In this document: one piece after another, positions 29,580 through 40,286 of the stretch
Layout of the letters: each line of letters begins with the position of its first letter
Numbering within the stretch: the first letter of the stretch is position 1
Origin: an uncultured delta proteobacterium
Lineage (GTDB): Bacteria; Myxococcota_A; Polyangia; Polyangiales; B10-G4
DNA length: 64,000 bases
Direction of reading: 5' to 3'
Assembly: GCA_963727445.1 (NCBI GenBank)
Contig: CAVSGI010000010.1
Span: 1,024,001 to 1,088,000, forward strand
Made by a program: the position numbers and the translations under genes
The notes under the pieces: generated by a model
The model's input: only the letters and a program-made list of their open reading frames with translations
Databases searched by the model: none
Told to the model about the DNA's origin: nothing

Positions 29580-31190
29580 TCAGCCGTCGACGAAGAAGAC
29601 GCCCCTCAGATCCTCGGTGGCGGAGATGGCCGTCGCGGTGCCACCGCCGGGCATCCGGAAGGACGTCGCCCGGAACTGGTAGTACATCCCCGGCGTCATC
29701 GGACCCGCATAGTCGACGGTGACGGTGTCCATCCCGCTCACCCCCGGGACCATCATCTCCCACACCACGTCGCCGTAGGCGTTGAAGACCTGGACCTGGT
29801 AGTACTCCTCGCTCGAGTCGTCGGCCCACTCGAGAGTGGGCGGCGCGGTGACCGCCTCGGGTAGATCGCGTCCCGGACCCACGACGTCGAGGGCCTCGGT
29901 CACCTTGAAGGAGTCGGTGAGGGTCACCATCGGCCCGTCCGGCCCGGGGAGCTCGACGGTGACGATGGCGGTTCCCGCGATCAGCTGGTCGGGGTCCCGC
30001 ACCAGGCCATCGTTCTCGAAGCCGGCGAGAACCACGTAGCGACCATCGGGGATCCCCTCGATCGTCCAGCCGCTCTGGACGTCGGGCGGCCCGTCCCGGG
30101 GCGCGCGCAAGCCCGGCGGAAGCGAGCCACGTCCCAGCACCTCGTCGAAGGTGCTCTCCACGACCAGGACCACGCTGGTCCGCAGGTCCGCCGATGCGTT
30201 GACGATCTGAATCGTGCCCGTGAGCGTGTTGGTCTCGGCCATGGAATCGACGAGGTCGACCCCTTCGAGCGGCGCTCCGGCAACGGTGACGTCGGCCGGG
30301 GTGAGCTGGAGATCGGCGGCATAGCCGCGCACTTCGTAAGCGCCGTCGGTGACGTTGAAGATGGTGTAGGCGCCGCCCAGGTCGGAGATGCTGCTGAAGG
30401 CGCCGCCATCGCCCTCGGCCACCACCAGGACACCGGCCTCGCGACCTTCGGCCACGACGTGACCGGAGATGGTCGCCCTCGGCGTCGTCAGGTCCTCGAG
30501 GGGGATCAGCACGATCTCCGTCAGCGTTCCCTGAATCACCCAGGCGTCGTCCATCTCCACCGTCTCCGAGGTGTTGATCGGGAGCGCGGTGCGGATGCCG
30601 CCAGGGAAGGTCTGATAGCCGTCGGCGCTCGACCGCAGCGTGTAGGCCGCGTCGACGGGGCTCCCGTCCATGTTGCGGAGGGTGGGGAGCTCGAGGACGT
30701 AGTTGCCCATCGCGTCGCTCACGGCCACGTCCGTGACCGCGACCGGCAGGTCGTCGAGCGCGATCACCTGCGCCCCCTCGATGGGAGAGGAATCGGTGGC
30801 ATCGCGGACGAGCCCGCGGATCTCGAGCGGCCGCTCGCAGGCGTAGCTCATGTCCACCAGCTGCACGCAACGCAGGGCCGGGTCACAGCCGTCCTCCGCC
30901 GGATCGCAGGCCGCACCTTCGGGGAGGTAGCAGGTGCCCGTGGTGTTCCCCATGTCGTCGGTCATCGACACACAGACCGCGTCCCCTTCGCACCAGGCCA
31001 TGTCGGCCTCGGGGTCGCACATACCACCGACCGGGACCTGGCAACGGGCTTCCCCGTCGCTCGCGGCGGCGCAAACCAGGCCCTCGTCGCAGGCGTTGGT
31101 GCTGGCCACGTCACAGGTGTCACCCGCGCTGCCGCTGCTGCTGCACCCCGCGACCGCACCCACGATGAACAAAGAAAGAAAGAGCTTCAC
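29580..31190 (-). CDS. Cys-rich lipoprotein with carboxypeptidase regulatory-like (Cna-B-type) domains
   Basis: GTG start with GGAGG; lipobox VAGC; GLVRDATDSSPIEGAQV. Confidence 0.8.
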   Translation of the reverse strand: MKLFLSLFIVGAVAGCSSSGSAGDTCDVASTNACDEGLVCAAASDGEARCQVPVGGMCDPEADMAWCEGDAVCVSMTDDMGNTTGTCYLPEGAACDPAEDGCDPALRCVQLVDMSYACERPLEIRGLVRDATDSSPIEGAQVIALDDLPVAVTDVAVSDAMGNYVLELPTLRNMDGSPVDAAYTLRSSADGYQTFPGGIRTALPINTSETVEMDDAWVIQGTLTEIVLIPLEDLTTPRATISGHVVAEGREAGVLVVAEGDGGAFSSISDLGGAYTIFNVTDGAYEVRGYAADLQLTPADVTVAGAPLEGVDLVDSMAETNTLTGTIQIVNASADLRTSVVLVVESTFDEVLGRGSLPPGLRAPRDGPPDVQSGWTIEGIPDGRYVVLAGFENDGLVRDPDQLIAGTAIVTVELPGPDGPMVTLTDSFKVTEALDVVGPGRDLPEAVTAPPTLEWADDSSEEYYQVQVFNAYGDVVWEMMVPGVSGMDTVTVDYAGPMTPGMYYQFRATSFRMPGGGTATAISATEDLRGVFFVDG

Positions 31191-31365
31191 GACCACCTCC
31201 CACCCGGGATCCTCCCAAATTTTGGTGAGGCAAACCACACAACACTTCGGCGCCCGGGGTACAGATCCTGGAAACTGGGCGGGAATTGGCGGTTTTTCTA
31301 GCTGCGCCGCCATCTTGCATCCGGCCCCGCCCTACGTTAAAGAACCGGCGCGTTCGAGGGGAGCG

Positions 31366-32346
31366 ATGTCGGAGTTTCGCGAAGGAAAGGCGCTGATCAA
31401 CGCCACCCGCCCTTTCACCAAAGAGGACAAGGCGCGGAGCTGGTTCCACGTGGTGAGCACCCTGCTCATCATCGCGGGCTTTTTGGCGATCGCCGTCACC
31501 GCGCCCTGGTGGCCGCTTCAGCTCCTGGCCTCGCTCCTCGGCGGGCTCACCATCGTGCGGGGCTTCATCCTCTATCACGACTTCTATCACGGGGCGCTCC
31601 TCAAGAACTCGAAGCTCGCCCGCGCGATCTTCAGCGTCTACGGCATCCTGGTGCTGACCCCGCCGCGGGTCTGGAAGCAGACGCACAACTACCACCACGC
31701 CAACAACGCCAAGATCGTCGGCTCCCATGTCGGTAGCTACCCGATGATGACGGTGGAGATGTGGAAGAAGGCGACGCTCAATCAGCGACGCTTCTACCGG
31801 ATCGCCCGCCACCCGCTGACCATTCTCTTCGGCTACATCTTCATCTTCCAGTACGGGATGTGCGTGAGCGGGTTCCTCCGCCGCCCCAAGAAGAACTGGG
31901 ACAGCGCCGTCGCGCTGATCGTGCATTTCACGATCGTGGGCCTGGTCGCGTACTTCTTCGGGCTCAACATCGTCTTCTTCGGCGTGATCCTCCCGCTCAT
32001 GGTGGCCACCGCTTCCGGCGCTTACCTCTTCTATGCGCAGCACAACTTCGAGGGGATGCGCCTTCAGCCCCGCGAGAATTGGAGCTACACGCGGGCCGCC
32101 ATCGAGTCCTCCAGCTTCATGAAGACCGGGCGCTTCTGGGCCTTCATGACAGGCAACATCGGCTACCACCACGTGCACCATCTCAACCCGGGGATCCCCT
32201 TCTACCGCCTGCCCGAGGCCCACGAAGCCATCCCCGAGCTGCACCAGGCCAAGGTCACCACCCTCTGGCCGAAGGACATCGCGGCCTGCTTCCGCCTGAA
32301 GATCTGGGACCCAGAGCAGCAGAAGATGGTCGGCTACCCCAGCTGA
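31366..32346 (+). CDS. Membrane fatty acid desaturase
   Basis: His boxes HDFYH, HNYHH, HHVHH; FYAQHNF; IPFYRL. Confidence 0.93.
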   Translation: MSEFREGKALINATRPFTKEDKARSWFHVVSTLLIIAGFLAIAVTAPWWPLQLLASLLGGLTIVRGFILYHDFYHGALLKNSKLARAIFSVYGILVLTPPRVWKQTHNYHHANNAKIVGSHVGSYPMMTVEMWKKATLNQRRFYRIARHPLTILFGYIFIFQYGMCVSGFLRRPKKNWDSAVALIVHFTIVGLVAYFFGLNIVFFGVILPLMVATASGAYLFYAQHNFEGMRLQPRENWSYTRAAIESSSFMKTGRFWAFMTGNIGYHHVHHLNPGIPFYRLPEAHEAIPELHQAKVTTLWPKDIAACFRLKIWDPEQQKMVGYPS

Positions 32347-32373
32347 CGTCGAGAAGGCGCTATATTTCCGGCG

Positions 32374-33984
32374 TTGATCGACGTCGGCAGCAAAGTCGGT
32401 GACTACGAGATCATCGCCCAGCTGAAGTCGGGCGGCATGGCGACCCTCTTCCTCGGGCGCCGTGGTGGCGCCTCCGGGTTCTCGCGTCACGTCGCGATCA
32501 AGGTGGTTCATCCCCACCTCGGCCGGGACTCGACCTTCGTCCGGATGTTCGTGGACGAGGCCAAGCTCTCGGCGCGCATCAGCCACCCGAACGTGGTCCA
32601 CGTCGAGGAGCTCGGCGAGTCCGACGGCACGCATTTCCTGGTGATGGAGTACGTCCACGGCTGCTCGCTCTCGGACATGCTCAAGGCGCTGTCCCGCATG
32701 GGCCGCCGGCTCTCACCGGATCTGTCGGTGTGGCTCGCGATGAAGGTGCTCGAGGGGCTCCACGCCGCGCACGAGCTCCGCGACGACAAGCGACAGCTCA
32801 TGGGCGTCGTGCATCGCGACGTCTCGCCGCAGAACGTGCTCATCTCGCAGACCGGCAACATCAAGCTGATCGACTTCGGGATCGCGAAGGCTCGCGGGCG
32901 ACAGCAGCAGACGGCGACCGGCGCCCTCAAGGGCAAGCTCAGCTACATGCCGCCCGAGCAGGCCTACGGACAGCCCCTCGATCGCACCGCAGACATCTAC
33001 GCGCTCGGCATCGTGCTCTGGGAGATGCTCACCATGCGGCGCGCCTTTCGCGCCGACAACGACCTCGCGATGATCGACGAGGTGCGCAACCCGCGGATCG
33101 CGCCGCCGAGCACCTACTCCAACGACGTCTCCCCGGAGCTCGACGCGGCGGTGATGTTCGCGCTCGCTCCTGATCGCGACGCGCGGCCCCAAACCGCGCT
33201 CGAGCTTCGAAGGCGACTCGCGCAGGCGAGCCCGAAAGCGTTGGCCCTCGACGTCGGACACATGGCGGAGGTCGTGGAGGCCATCCTCGGCAAGGAGCTC
33301 GAGCAGCGAAGGCGCGAGCTGCCGGAGAGCCTCACCGGCATGAGCCGCGACATCCCGATGGCGCACGAGCCGACCCGGCGCGCCAAGGCCCCGCGCATGG
33401 CCGACGAGGTGATGAAGGAGATGACCATGAGCGCGCCAGGCAGCACGCTCTACGTCGACGAGTCGAGCGACGACACCGGGTCGCTCGACGCGATTCACGC
33501 CGAGCCCACCCGCGCCGCCCGCCCCTCGAGCCGGCCGCCGCGCCGGGAAGCCACGCCCGCCACGCCCGCCACCGCCGTGCCGCGAGGCATGTCCACCGAG
33601 CGGATCATCGCCGTCGGCGCGATCCTGGTCGCGCTCTTCGCGCTCGGTGCGGCGGGCTTCGCCATCGCGAAGCTGATGGGCGGCGAGGAGCCTCAGGTCC
33701 AGGGCGAGCCCTCCATCGCGACGCCGCCGGCGCCGCCGCCGACGACCGAGGCCGCCGAGCCGGTCGAACCCAACGCCGCCGAACCGGACGCGAGCGTCGA
33801 AGAGGAGGTCGTGGAAGACGACACCAATCTCGCACAGCAAGAGGCCGCGGAAACTCCAGAGCAGAGCGCGCGCATGACCCGCGGAATGCGCCGCACCATG
33901 ATGCGCCCCGCGATGGACGACACCGAGATGATGGGCATGAGCCTCGTCGACGGCGTCCCCATCTTCGACGACGACGACTTCTAG
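32374..33984 (+). CDS. Hanks-type Ser/Thr protein kinase with TM
   Basis: GGMA, VAIK, HRDVSPQN, DFG, YMPPEQ, DIYALG. Confidence 0.95.
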   Translation: MIDVGSKVGDYEIIAQLKSGGMATLFLGRRGGASGFSRHVAIKVVHPHLGRDSTFVRMFVDEAKLSARISHPNVVHVEELGESDGTHFLVMEYVHGCSLSDMLKALSRMGRRLSPDLSVWLAMKVLEGLHAAHELRDDKRQLMGVVHRDVSPQNVLISQTGNIKLIDFGIAKARGRQQQTATGALKGKLSYMPPEQAYGQPLDRTADIYALGIVLWEMLTMRRAFRADNDLAMIDEVRNPRIAPPSTYSNDVSPELDAAVMFALAPDRDARPQTALELRRRLAQASPKALALDVGHMAEVVEAILGKELEQRRRELPESLTGMSRDIPMAHEPTRRAKAPRMADEVMKEMTMSAPGSTLYVDESSDDTGSLDAIHAEPTRAARPSSRPPRREATPATPATAVPRGMSTERIIAVGAILVALFALGAAGFAIAKLMGGEEPQVQGEPSIATPPAPPPTTEAAEPVEPNAAEPDASVEEEVVEDDTNLAQQEAAETPEQSARMTRGMRRTMMRPAMDDTEMMGMSLVDGVPIFDDDDF

Positions 33985-35042
33985 AAGGTCAGCTGCTCGA
34001 TGAGCGCTTCGATGGGCGTCGCCAGGTCGCTCTGACAACTCGACTGAAACGACACGTCGACGCCGCCCAACTCGAGCCCCCATCCGGTCTCCAGGAGCCT
34101 CCGGGCAGGAAAGGCGAGACCAGCACTGGTGTTACAGACGGGACGAAGCCGCGTGGGCATGGAGGGATCGATCTCCTCGACCATGCGCGGGTCGCCGATG
34201 ATATCGGGGTAACTGCGTCCGGCGAGGTCGGTCGGGATCCCGGCGATCACCATGTAGCTCAGCCGCCGCGGGTCCTTCGCCGCTAGCAATCCGTCGACGT
34301 ATCGAGCCGTCTCCATGACCGCCTCGGGATACCGGAGGCAGCGCGTGTTCAGGTCGCCTGTGTAGGCATCGCTGTCGGGATAGGCGAGCTCCGGATCCCG
34401 CAACGAGCAGTCGTCTTCTTCCGCGAGCACCACGATGGCGAGGTGCGCGTCGTCGCGAAGAAATCCCGCGTTTGCACCGTCGGCGTGCCCCGGCGTGGCC
34501 ATGTTGAAGGCGGCATCGAACGCGCCCGAGCGAGAGACAGTCGAGGGCGCGACCGCCTTCAACATCGATTCCAATGGCTGCTCGAGCCCGCACCCGTCCG
34601 TCCCGACCATGACGAGGCAGGCAGCCTCCTCGGCGAGATCGGCGGCGGTCGTTGCGCTCGAGAAGTTCTCGCCCGATGCGAGACAGCTCGGGTCTGCGAC
34701 GACGAGGATGCCGTCATCCCCGAAGTTCGGCTCCTCGCATCCGGGAACGGTGAAGCCACCCGACCCCATGTTCATCGTGATGACCCCCACGTGGATCGAG
34801 TCGAATCTCGAAGCCGTCGCCTCGAAGAATTGCGGCATCGACCGCGCGAGCGCTGTCTGCTCTGGCGTCAGGTAGCCGCCGCTCTCGATGACGAAGAGAA
34901 GATCGAGATCCCGCGCCGACGAAAGTGGCGGAGGAGGCATCTCGGGCTCGGAGTCCGTACGTGGCCCCTCTGGCGAGCGCGACGACCAGCATCCAGCACT
35001 CACGAGCGCCAAGAACAGTGGCATGTGAGCGAGCACTCTCAC
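33981..35042 (-). CDS. Myxobacterial VWA-like lipoprotein
   Basis: Lipobox SAGC; DLLFVI, GTDGCGLEQPLES, FLRDDAHLAIVVLAEEDDCS. Confidence 0.75.
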   Translation of the reverse strand: MRVLAHMPLFLALVSAGCWSSRSPEGPRTDSEPEMPPPPLSSARDLDLLFVIESGGYLTPEQTALARSMPQFFEATASRFDSIHVGVITMNMGSGGFTVPGCEEPNFGDDGILVVADPSCLASGENFSSATTAADLAEEAACLVMVGTDGCGLEQPLESMLKAVAPSTVSRSGAFDAAFNMATPGHADGANAGFLRDDAHLAIVVLAEEDDCSLRDPELAYPDSDAYTGDLNTRCLRYPEAVMETARYVDGLLAAKDPRRLSYMVIAGIPTDLAGRSYPDIIGDPRMVEEIDPSMPTRLRPVCNTSAGLAFPARRLLETGWGLELGGVDVSFQSSCQSDLATPIEALIEQLTF

Positions 35043-35229
35043 GGTTACACCATACGCGGTCTGCCAAGCGCCCGCGAACCGCGCGTCACGGCGAAGTGCT
35101 CTACAATCTCCGCGTCTGGCACGAAACGGATCGAGTCGCGAACGGACCTCTGGATCTACCGAGATGCGCCCGCGGTGATCTTCGCGGGGGTTCGTGCGCG
35201 CCAGCGTCGGCGAGCCCGGGCCCCTCAGC

Positions 35230-36948
35230 TCATAGACGCAGGCCGACATCCACCAACGCGTCGGTGGAGCTCACGAACTGCCCCTGACCCAGCTGGCCGA
35301 GGCCGCCGTCGCCGATGCACTGCACCGCGCCCGTCGTTTGAAGGACGCAGGTGAAACCCGGCGTCATTGCGCCCGTCGACGCACCTCCGGTCCTCACCTG
35401 AGAGGGCATCGTCTCGAGGAGCGTCATCGGCGTCGGCATCGGAACGTCCATGGTCATCCCATCGCCGAGCTGCCCCGTGGCGTTCGCGCCCCAGCACGAC
35501 GCGCCCGAGTCGGTCACGGCGCAGCTGTGCGACGCGCTGGGGCCCGTGCCGATGGCGGTGACCGATCCCGAAAGCATGACGGGGGTCGGCGTGGGCATTT
35601 GTGTCATCGTCCCGTTGCCCACCTGCCCGTGGCCGTTCCCACCCCAGCACGAGACGCTCCCATCGCCGAGTCGGGCGCAGGTGTGGTTCCGCCCCGCCAC
35701 CACCTCGACCGCATTGCTGATGCCCGTCACGGCCTGCGGGAGCGCCGCGTCCATGCCCATCGTGTCGAGGCCGAGCTGACCCGCGCCGTTGGCGCCCCAA
35801 CACGCGACGCGGCCGTCCATGAAGGCCGCACAGCTGTGGAGCGAGCCCGTCGCGATGCTGACCACGGGGTCGCCCACGATCACCATCTGCGGCGTGAGCG
35901 CGGGATCGGTCGTCCCGTTGCCGACCTGCCCGCGATCGTTGCCGCCCCAGCACATGACGTCCCCGGTGCCGACGAGCGCGCAGGTGTGCCGAACGCCCGC
36001 GCTCACCGCGGTCGCGCCCGTGATCCCCACCGCCACGGGCAGCGGCTGGGGCTCGGTGTTGCCGTCGCCGAGCGCGCCGTCTTCGTCGTCGCCCCAGCAG
36101 GAGACCTCACCGCCCGCCACCGCGCAGGTGTGTGCGACGCCGGCGCTGACCTGGGTCGCGCCGGTGATGCCGGGCACCTCCACGGGGAAGGGTCAATCGA
36201 TGTATCCGCCATCGCCGAGCTGACCGTAGGCGTTCCACCCCCAGCAGGCGACGGACCCGCTCGCGCGCACCACGCAGGCGTGCGCCCCGCCCGTCGACAG
36301 AGCGCTCGCCCGCTCCGAATCGCAGTAGCCTCCGCCGCAGCTCTCGCCACCCGGACAGGTGCGCCCGCACTCTCCACAGTTCGCGGGGTCCATGCCGACG
36401 TCGATGCCCTCGTCGATCATCTCGTCGCAGTCGTCGTCGTAGAGGTTGCACTGCTCGTCGCGGGGCGTGCACGCGGGGCCGGAGAGGACCGGCGCGGTTC
36501 CGGGCCACTCGGGGAGCGCGTCCGAAGCGATCGGCACCGCGCGGCAGCCGGCTTCGTCGCAGGTCTCCCCCGCCGCGCAGGTGATCTCGAGGCAGCGCGC
36601 CGCCAGGATCGCGCGTAGCATCCGCGTCTCGCCGTCGACGAAGGAGGTGCGCGCTTCCCACCGCGTCACCTCGGCGCCCATCAGTCGCCCGATCACGGTC
36701 ACCGCGAGGTCACCCCCTCCGGTCGTCGAAAAGGTGGTGAGCGTGAGGGGGAGGTCGGGCGTGCCTGCGGCGGTGAGATCGGCGACGACGTTGGTGGGCG
36801 TACCGCTGCTACCGGAGAGCGAGATCTCGATCCGATCGAGCGCGTCGGGGACCACGAGATCGGAGTCGATGACCAGGACCACCTCGGTGGGACCGCCGCC
36901 GGCGCAGGAGGCGAGCGCGAGCGCGAGCAGGACCATGCTGCGCCGCAT
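35230..36948 (-). CDS. RCC1-repeat lipoprotein with MopE-like and Cys-rich motifs; in-frame TGA at 36193-36195
   Basis: Lipobox LASC; EQCNLYDDDCDEMIDEG; repeated HTCA...CWG.N..GQLG; both ORF halves are in the same frame. Confidence 0.8.
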
Positions 36949-37760
36949 CAGTTGATCTCCACGCGGAAGGGGGAGAGGTTGCCCATGACCGGATCGCGCT
37001 GCTCGCCACTGGTGACGATGACGATCGGGATCACCACCGCCGCGGCCACCACCACGCCGGCGATGATCCAGAACCACGGCGAGGAGAAGATCGAGCTGCT
37101 GGACTCCTGTGCCGTGGTGGTCGTGGTGTCCTCGCCCAGGATCTGATCGCCCTCGGGCGTGGGACGGCCGCCGACCGGTACCCAGTGCTCCGGCGTGGCG
37201 TCGACCACCACGTCGCGGGTGGCGCCTTCGCGGATCTCGAACTCGACGACGAGCTGCTCGTGCCCCTCGCGATCGACGGTGACCCGATGCTCGCCCGGAT
37301 CGACGGGAAGCTCCTCGTCGAGCACCGCGCGAGAGACCTCCCAACCGTCCAGGCTCAGGGCGTCACCCTCCTGGAAGCCGAGCACGCGCAGCTCCACGAC
37401 GGGGATGCGCCCTTCGAGCTCGGTGAGCGCCTGCTCGGCCGCCGCGCGATGCTGCGCCGGTCGGCCCCGCCGGGCCTGGCGGATGAAGCGCCGGTACGCC
37501 TCGGCTCCCTCGACCAGACGGCCCGTCTGCACCATCGCACCCGCGAGGTTGAGCAGCGTGATCGGGCGCTGCACCAGCGCATAGGAGCTCTGAAACGACT
37601 CGAAGGCCGACTCCCAATCGCCCGACTGCGCCGCCTCGAGCCCATCGCGAAACTGAGAGCGCGCGAGGGAGCGTTCGTTCGCGGACTGGGCGCTCGCCAC
37701 CATCGGCCACCACGCAGCGCTCGCCACGACCAGCAGCGCCGCTGCGACGAGGCCTCGCAT
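36948..37760 (-). CDS. TPR + PEGA-like protein with C-terminal TM
   Basis: ARSQFRDG...LLNLA; VDPGEHRVTV; SPWFWIIAGVV; TGATG coupling to the next gene. Confidence 0.8.
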   Translation of the reverse strand: MRGLVAAALLVVASAAWWPMVASAQSANERSLARSQFRDGLEAAQSGDWESAFESFQSSYALVQRPITLLNLAGAMVQTGRLVEGAEAYRRFIRQARRGRPAQHRAAAEQALTELEGRIPVVELRVLGFQEGDALSLDGWEVSRAVLDEELPVDPGEHRVTVDREGHEQLVVEFEIREGATRDVVVDATPEHWVPVGGRPTPEGDQILGEDTTTTTAQESSSSIFSSPWFWIIAGVVVAAAVVIPIVIVTSGEQRDPVMGNLSPFRVEIN

Positions 37761-39235
37761 CACGGGCACACCATGGTGTCGGCGGGGCAGTCGCCGGTGG
37801 AACATCGGTTGGCGACGAGCTCGGGGTCACAGGGCTGCCCCATGCCCACCACCGGCCGGAGCGACGCCTGGAGCTCGAAGCGCGTGGTCATCCCCGCCTC
37901 GACCCCGGCGTAGTCCTCGACGAAGGCCGTGTAGGTCCCCATCGCATCGAGCACCTCGACCGTCGACAAGAGGCCATCGCCGTTGTCGTCGTTGCACCAC
38001 TCTTCGAGGGTGCTGTCGGGATCGGTGCAGTTCGAGCGTACGTACAGGACGGTGTCGGCGTCGGGCGCCGTCCCCGGCGCGTCGGTGGTCAACAGCAGGT
38101 CCCAGGCGCCTGCGGGAACCTCGAAGTGATAGAAGAGCTCGGTCCCCGAGGTGGCACCGCACGGGCCGCGAAAGCTTCCCATCCCCTGCATGAGCACCCC
38201 CATCGTCGACGACGTGACCATCGGCGTCAGCATCGTGGTGGGGGCTGCCGCGCAGGCCGCCGCGCGGTCGGGCGTCGCCTGACAGGTCCCGCTGGTGCAC
38301 GTCAGCTCGCGCGGACAGACAGTCATCATTCCGTCGCACATCTCTCCGAAGCCGACGCGGGTTCCTGTCTCCACCGACACTCTGAGCGGATTGCTGAGCT
38401 GGTTGCCGTCGTCGGTGATGCGCACGATCGCCTCCACCGCGCCGGTCACGTTCGTCACCGGGATGGTCGACGTCTCGGTGAATCGCGTCGCGCCGGTCAC
38501 TGGCGTGTCGAGGAACTGGATCAGCACGTCGGTCTGATCGGCGACGTCGTCGTCGTTCACGTCGACCAGCCCGCGCGTCGCGTCGAGCACCGACACCCAC
38601 ACTCCGTCGGCGTTGCCGTCCTCGTCCCCACCGGTCACGTCCACCTCGATGCTGTCGCCGACGAGGCGCACGAAGGCCTCCTCGAGGGTGGGCGGCGCGT
38701 TGCGCGTGGCGGTGATGTCGAGCTGGATCGGCCCGGCGTCGTCGGCGGTGTAGGTCGTGACCACCAGCCAGAGGGTGTCGCCGCCGTTGGCCGGGAACGC
38801 GCCCTTGGCACGGAAGTCACCCATGAAGTCGTCGAAACAGCGGGGCGGGTAGTTGCGGATCACCGGCTCGTCACAAGCCACGTTCCGGACGTCGATGACG
38901 GTATCCGTCTCGGTGGATGTGCCCGGGACCTGGGTGTCGAGGAGCACCTTCATCGGGCCGGTGCCAGGGACCCGATACTCGATGACCACCTGCGGCGCGT
39001 CGTCGGTTCCGCCGCAGCCCGCGAGGTCGAGGCCGCCCGGCGCCCCCTCGCTCGTGTCCAACATCAAGGTGAGGGTCTCCCCCTCCATCGAGCTGCCGGA
39101 CAGCGGCATGTCGCAGCTCGGGAGCATGGGCCCCATGGTGGTCGCGTCCGGAAAGCTGGCGTCCCCGGTCGTGGACGAGTCGTCTCCACATCCGAAAAGA
39201 AAAGCAAATGCGAGCGTCAGCGTGATTGCACGCAT
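37760..39235 (-). CDS. Cys-rich lipoprotein with PPC-like domains
   Basis: Lipobox LFGC; DTVLYVRSNC...CNDD. Confidence 0.78.
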   Translation of the reverse strand: MRAITLTLAFAFLFGCGDDSSTTGDASFPDATTMGPMLPSCDMPLSGSSMEGETLTLMLDTSEGAPGGLDLAGCGGTDDAPQVVIEYRVPGTGPMKVLLDTQVPGTSTETDTVIDVRNVACDEPVIRNYPPRCFDDFMGDFRAKGAFPANGGDTLWLVVTTYTADDAGPIQLDITATRNAPPTLEEAFVRLVGDSIEVDVTGGDEDGNADGVWVSVLDATRGLVDVNDDDVADQTDVLIQFLDTPVTGATRFTETSTIPVTNVTGAVEAIVRITDDGNQLSNPLRVSVETGTRVGFGEMCDGMMTVCPRELTCTSGTCQATPDRAAACAAAPTTMLTPMVTSSTMGVLMQGMGSFRGPCGATSGTELFYHFEVPAGAWDLLLTTDAPGTAPDADTVLYVRSNCTDPDSTLEEWCNDDNGDGLLSTVEVLDAMGTYTAFVEDYAGVEAGMTTRFELQASLRPVVGMGQPCDPELVANRCSTGDCPADTMVCP

Positions 39236-39297
39236 CGAGAGAACCTTCTCGCGGGAGCGGGCAGAGGGTCAAGCTCGCTGGGTGTATCGTCGGGTTG

Positions 39298-40266
39298 ATG
39301 GAGACGGGCACCAAGGCGAAAGCGGGCCTCGCGGCCGGGGGTGTGCTCGCGGCGGTGCTGGGCCTGATGGGTGATTGTGGTCGGGTGGGCATGCGCGCGG
39401 GTCGCCACGTCGACGACGTGGTCGGGGTGGCCCGATATGGCGACGAGCTGGCGGGCGCAGGCGCAGCCGCCGGGCACCTCGACGAGCTCGACGAGCTCGT
39501 GGGGCTGACGCGCCTGAATCCCGGCGCGCCGAGCCGGACAGAGACCCTCGGCCATCTGCGGAGCTCGCGTTGGGACGACTTCGAAGCGCTGGTCGAAGGT
39601 GGCGAGACGACCATCGAGGTGGGGATGAACGCGAGCGATCTGCTGGTGGACGACGAAGAGTCGTCCCTCGACACGCCCCTTCCCGAGATCCTCCAGACCG
39701 TCCGCCATCCCGCGGTCGCGGCGATCATGCCGCCCTACGAAGACGCGAGCTACGAGGAGCGCGAGCTCCGCGAGCAGATGTCCGCGGACGGGGTTCGACA
39801 CCTCGACGCGCCCTCATCGCTGGCGACGATGCTCGAAGAGGCGCCGCGTCCACTGCTGATCGTCGCGCGGATCGGCTCGGCGGAGGGGACCCTGCGAGCG
39901 CCCGACGGCAGCGACCTCGGGGCGCTCGATCTCCTCACCTACTGCGCGGCGGCAGGCGCCGATTGCGCAGCCCTCGTCTGCAACACGGACGACACGGAGT
40001 GTCTCGGCGCGGCCTACCGCGTCGCCGACGCGACGCTCGCTGCGAATCAACAGCGCCTGCCCGACCTCTACCGCGCGCTCTTGAGCGGACGCTACGCCGC
40101 GGGAGAGCTCGGCCGTTTCGACATCTTTCGTCTCGCCGAAGGACAGCTCGTGCGCTCGGACGGCTCGACGGGCGAGGCGCCGAGCGAGGATCTCGGCACC
40201 GACACCGAAGCGGAGAGCGCTCCGAGCGGCGGCGACGAGGCGGTGGGGCCGGCGACGCAAACCTGA
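39298..40266 (+). CDS. Hypothetical protein
   Basis: Coding-like ORF with N-terminal hydrophobic segment. Confidence 0.6.
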   Translation: METGTKAKAGLAAGGVLAAVLGLMGDCGRVGMRAGRHVDDVVGVARYGDELAGAGAAAGHLDELDELVGLTRLNPGAPSRTETLGHLRSSRWDDFEALVEGGETTIEVGMNASDLLVDDEESSLDTPLPEILQTVRHPAVAAIMPPYEDASYEERELREQMSADGVRHLDAPSSLATMLEEAPRPLLIVARIGSAEGTLRAPDGSDLGALDLLTYCAAAGADCAALVCNTDDTECLGAAYRVADATLAANQQRLPDLYRALLSGRYAAGELGRFDIFRLAEGQLVRSDGSTGEAPSEDLGTDTEAESAPSGGDEAVGPATQT

Positions 40267-40286
40267 TTTCGTGCGAGCATCGGAGC

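Noticed and set aside
36193..36195. Selenocysteine or programmed readthrough codon
   Set aside because: The position corresponds to Arg rather than Cys in the repeat; no convincing SECIS; a GATC-context error is simpler
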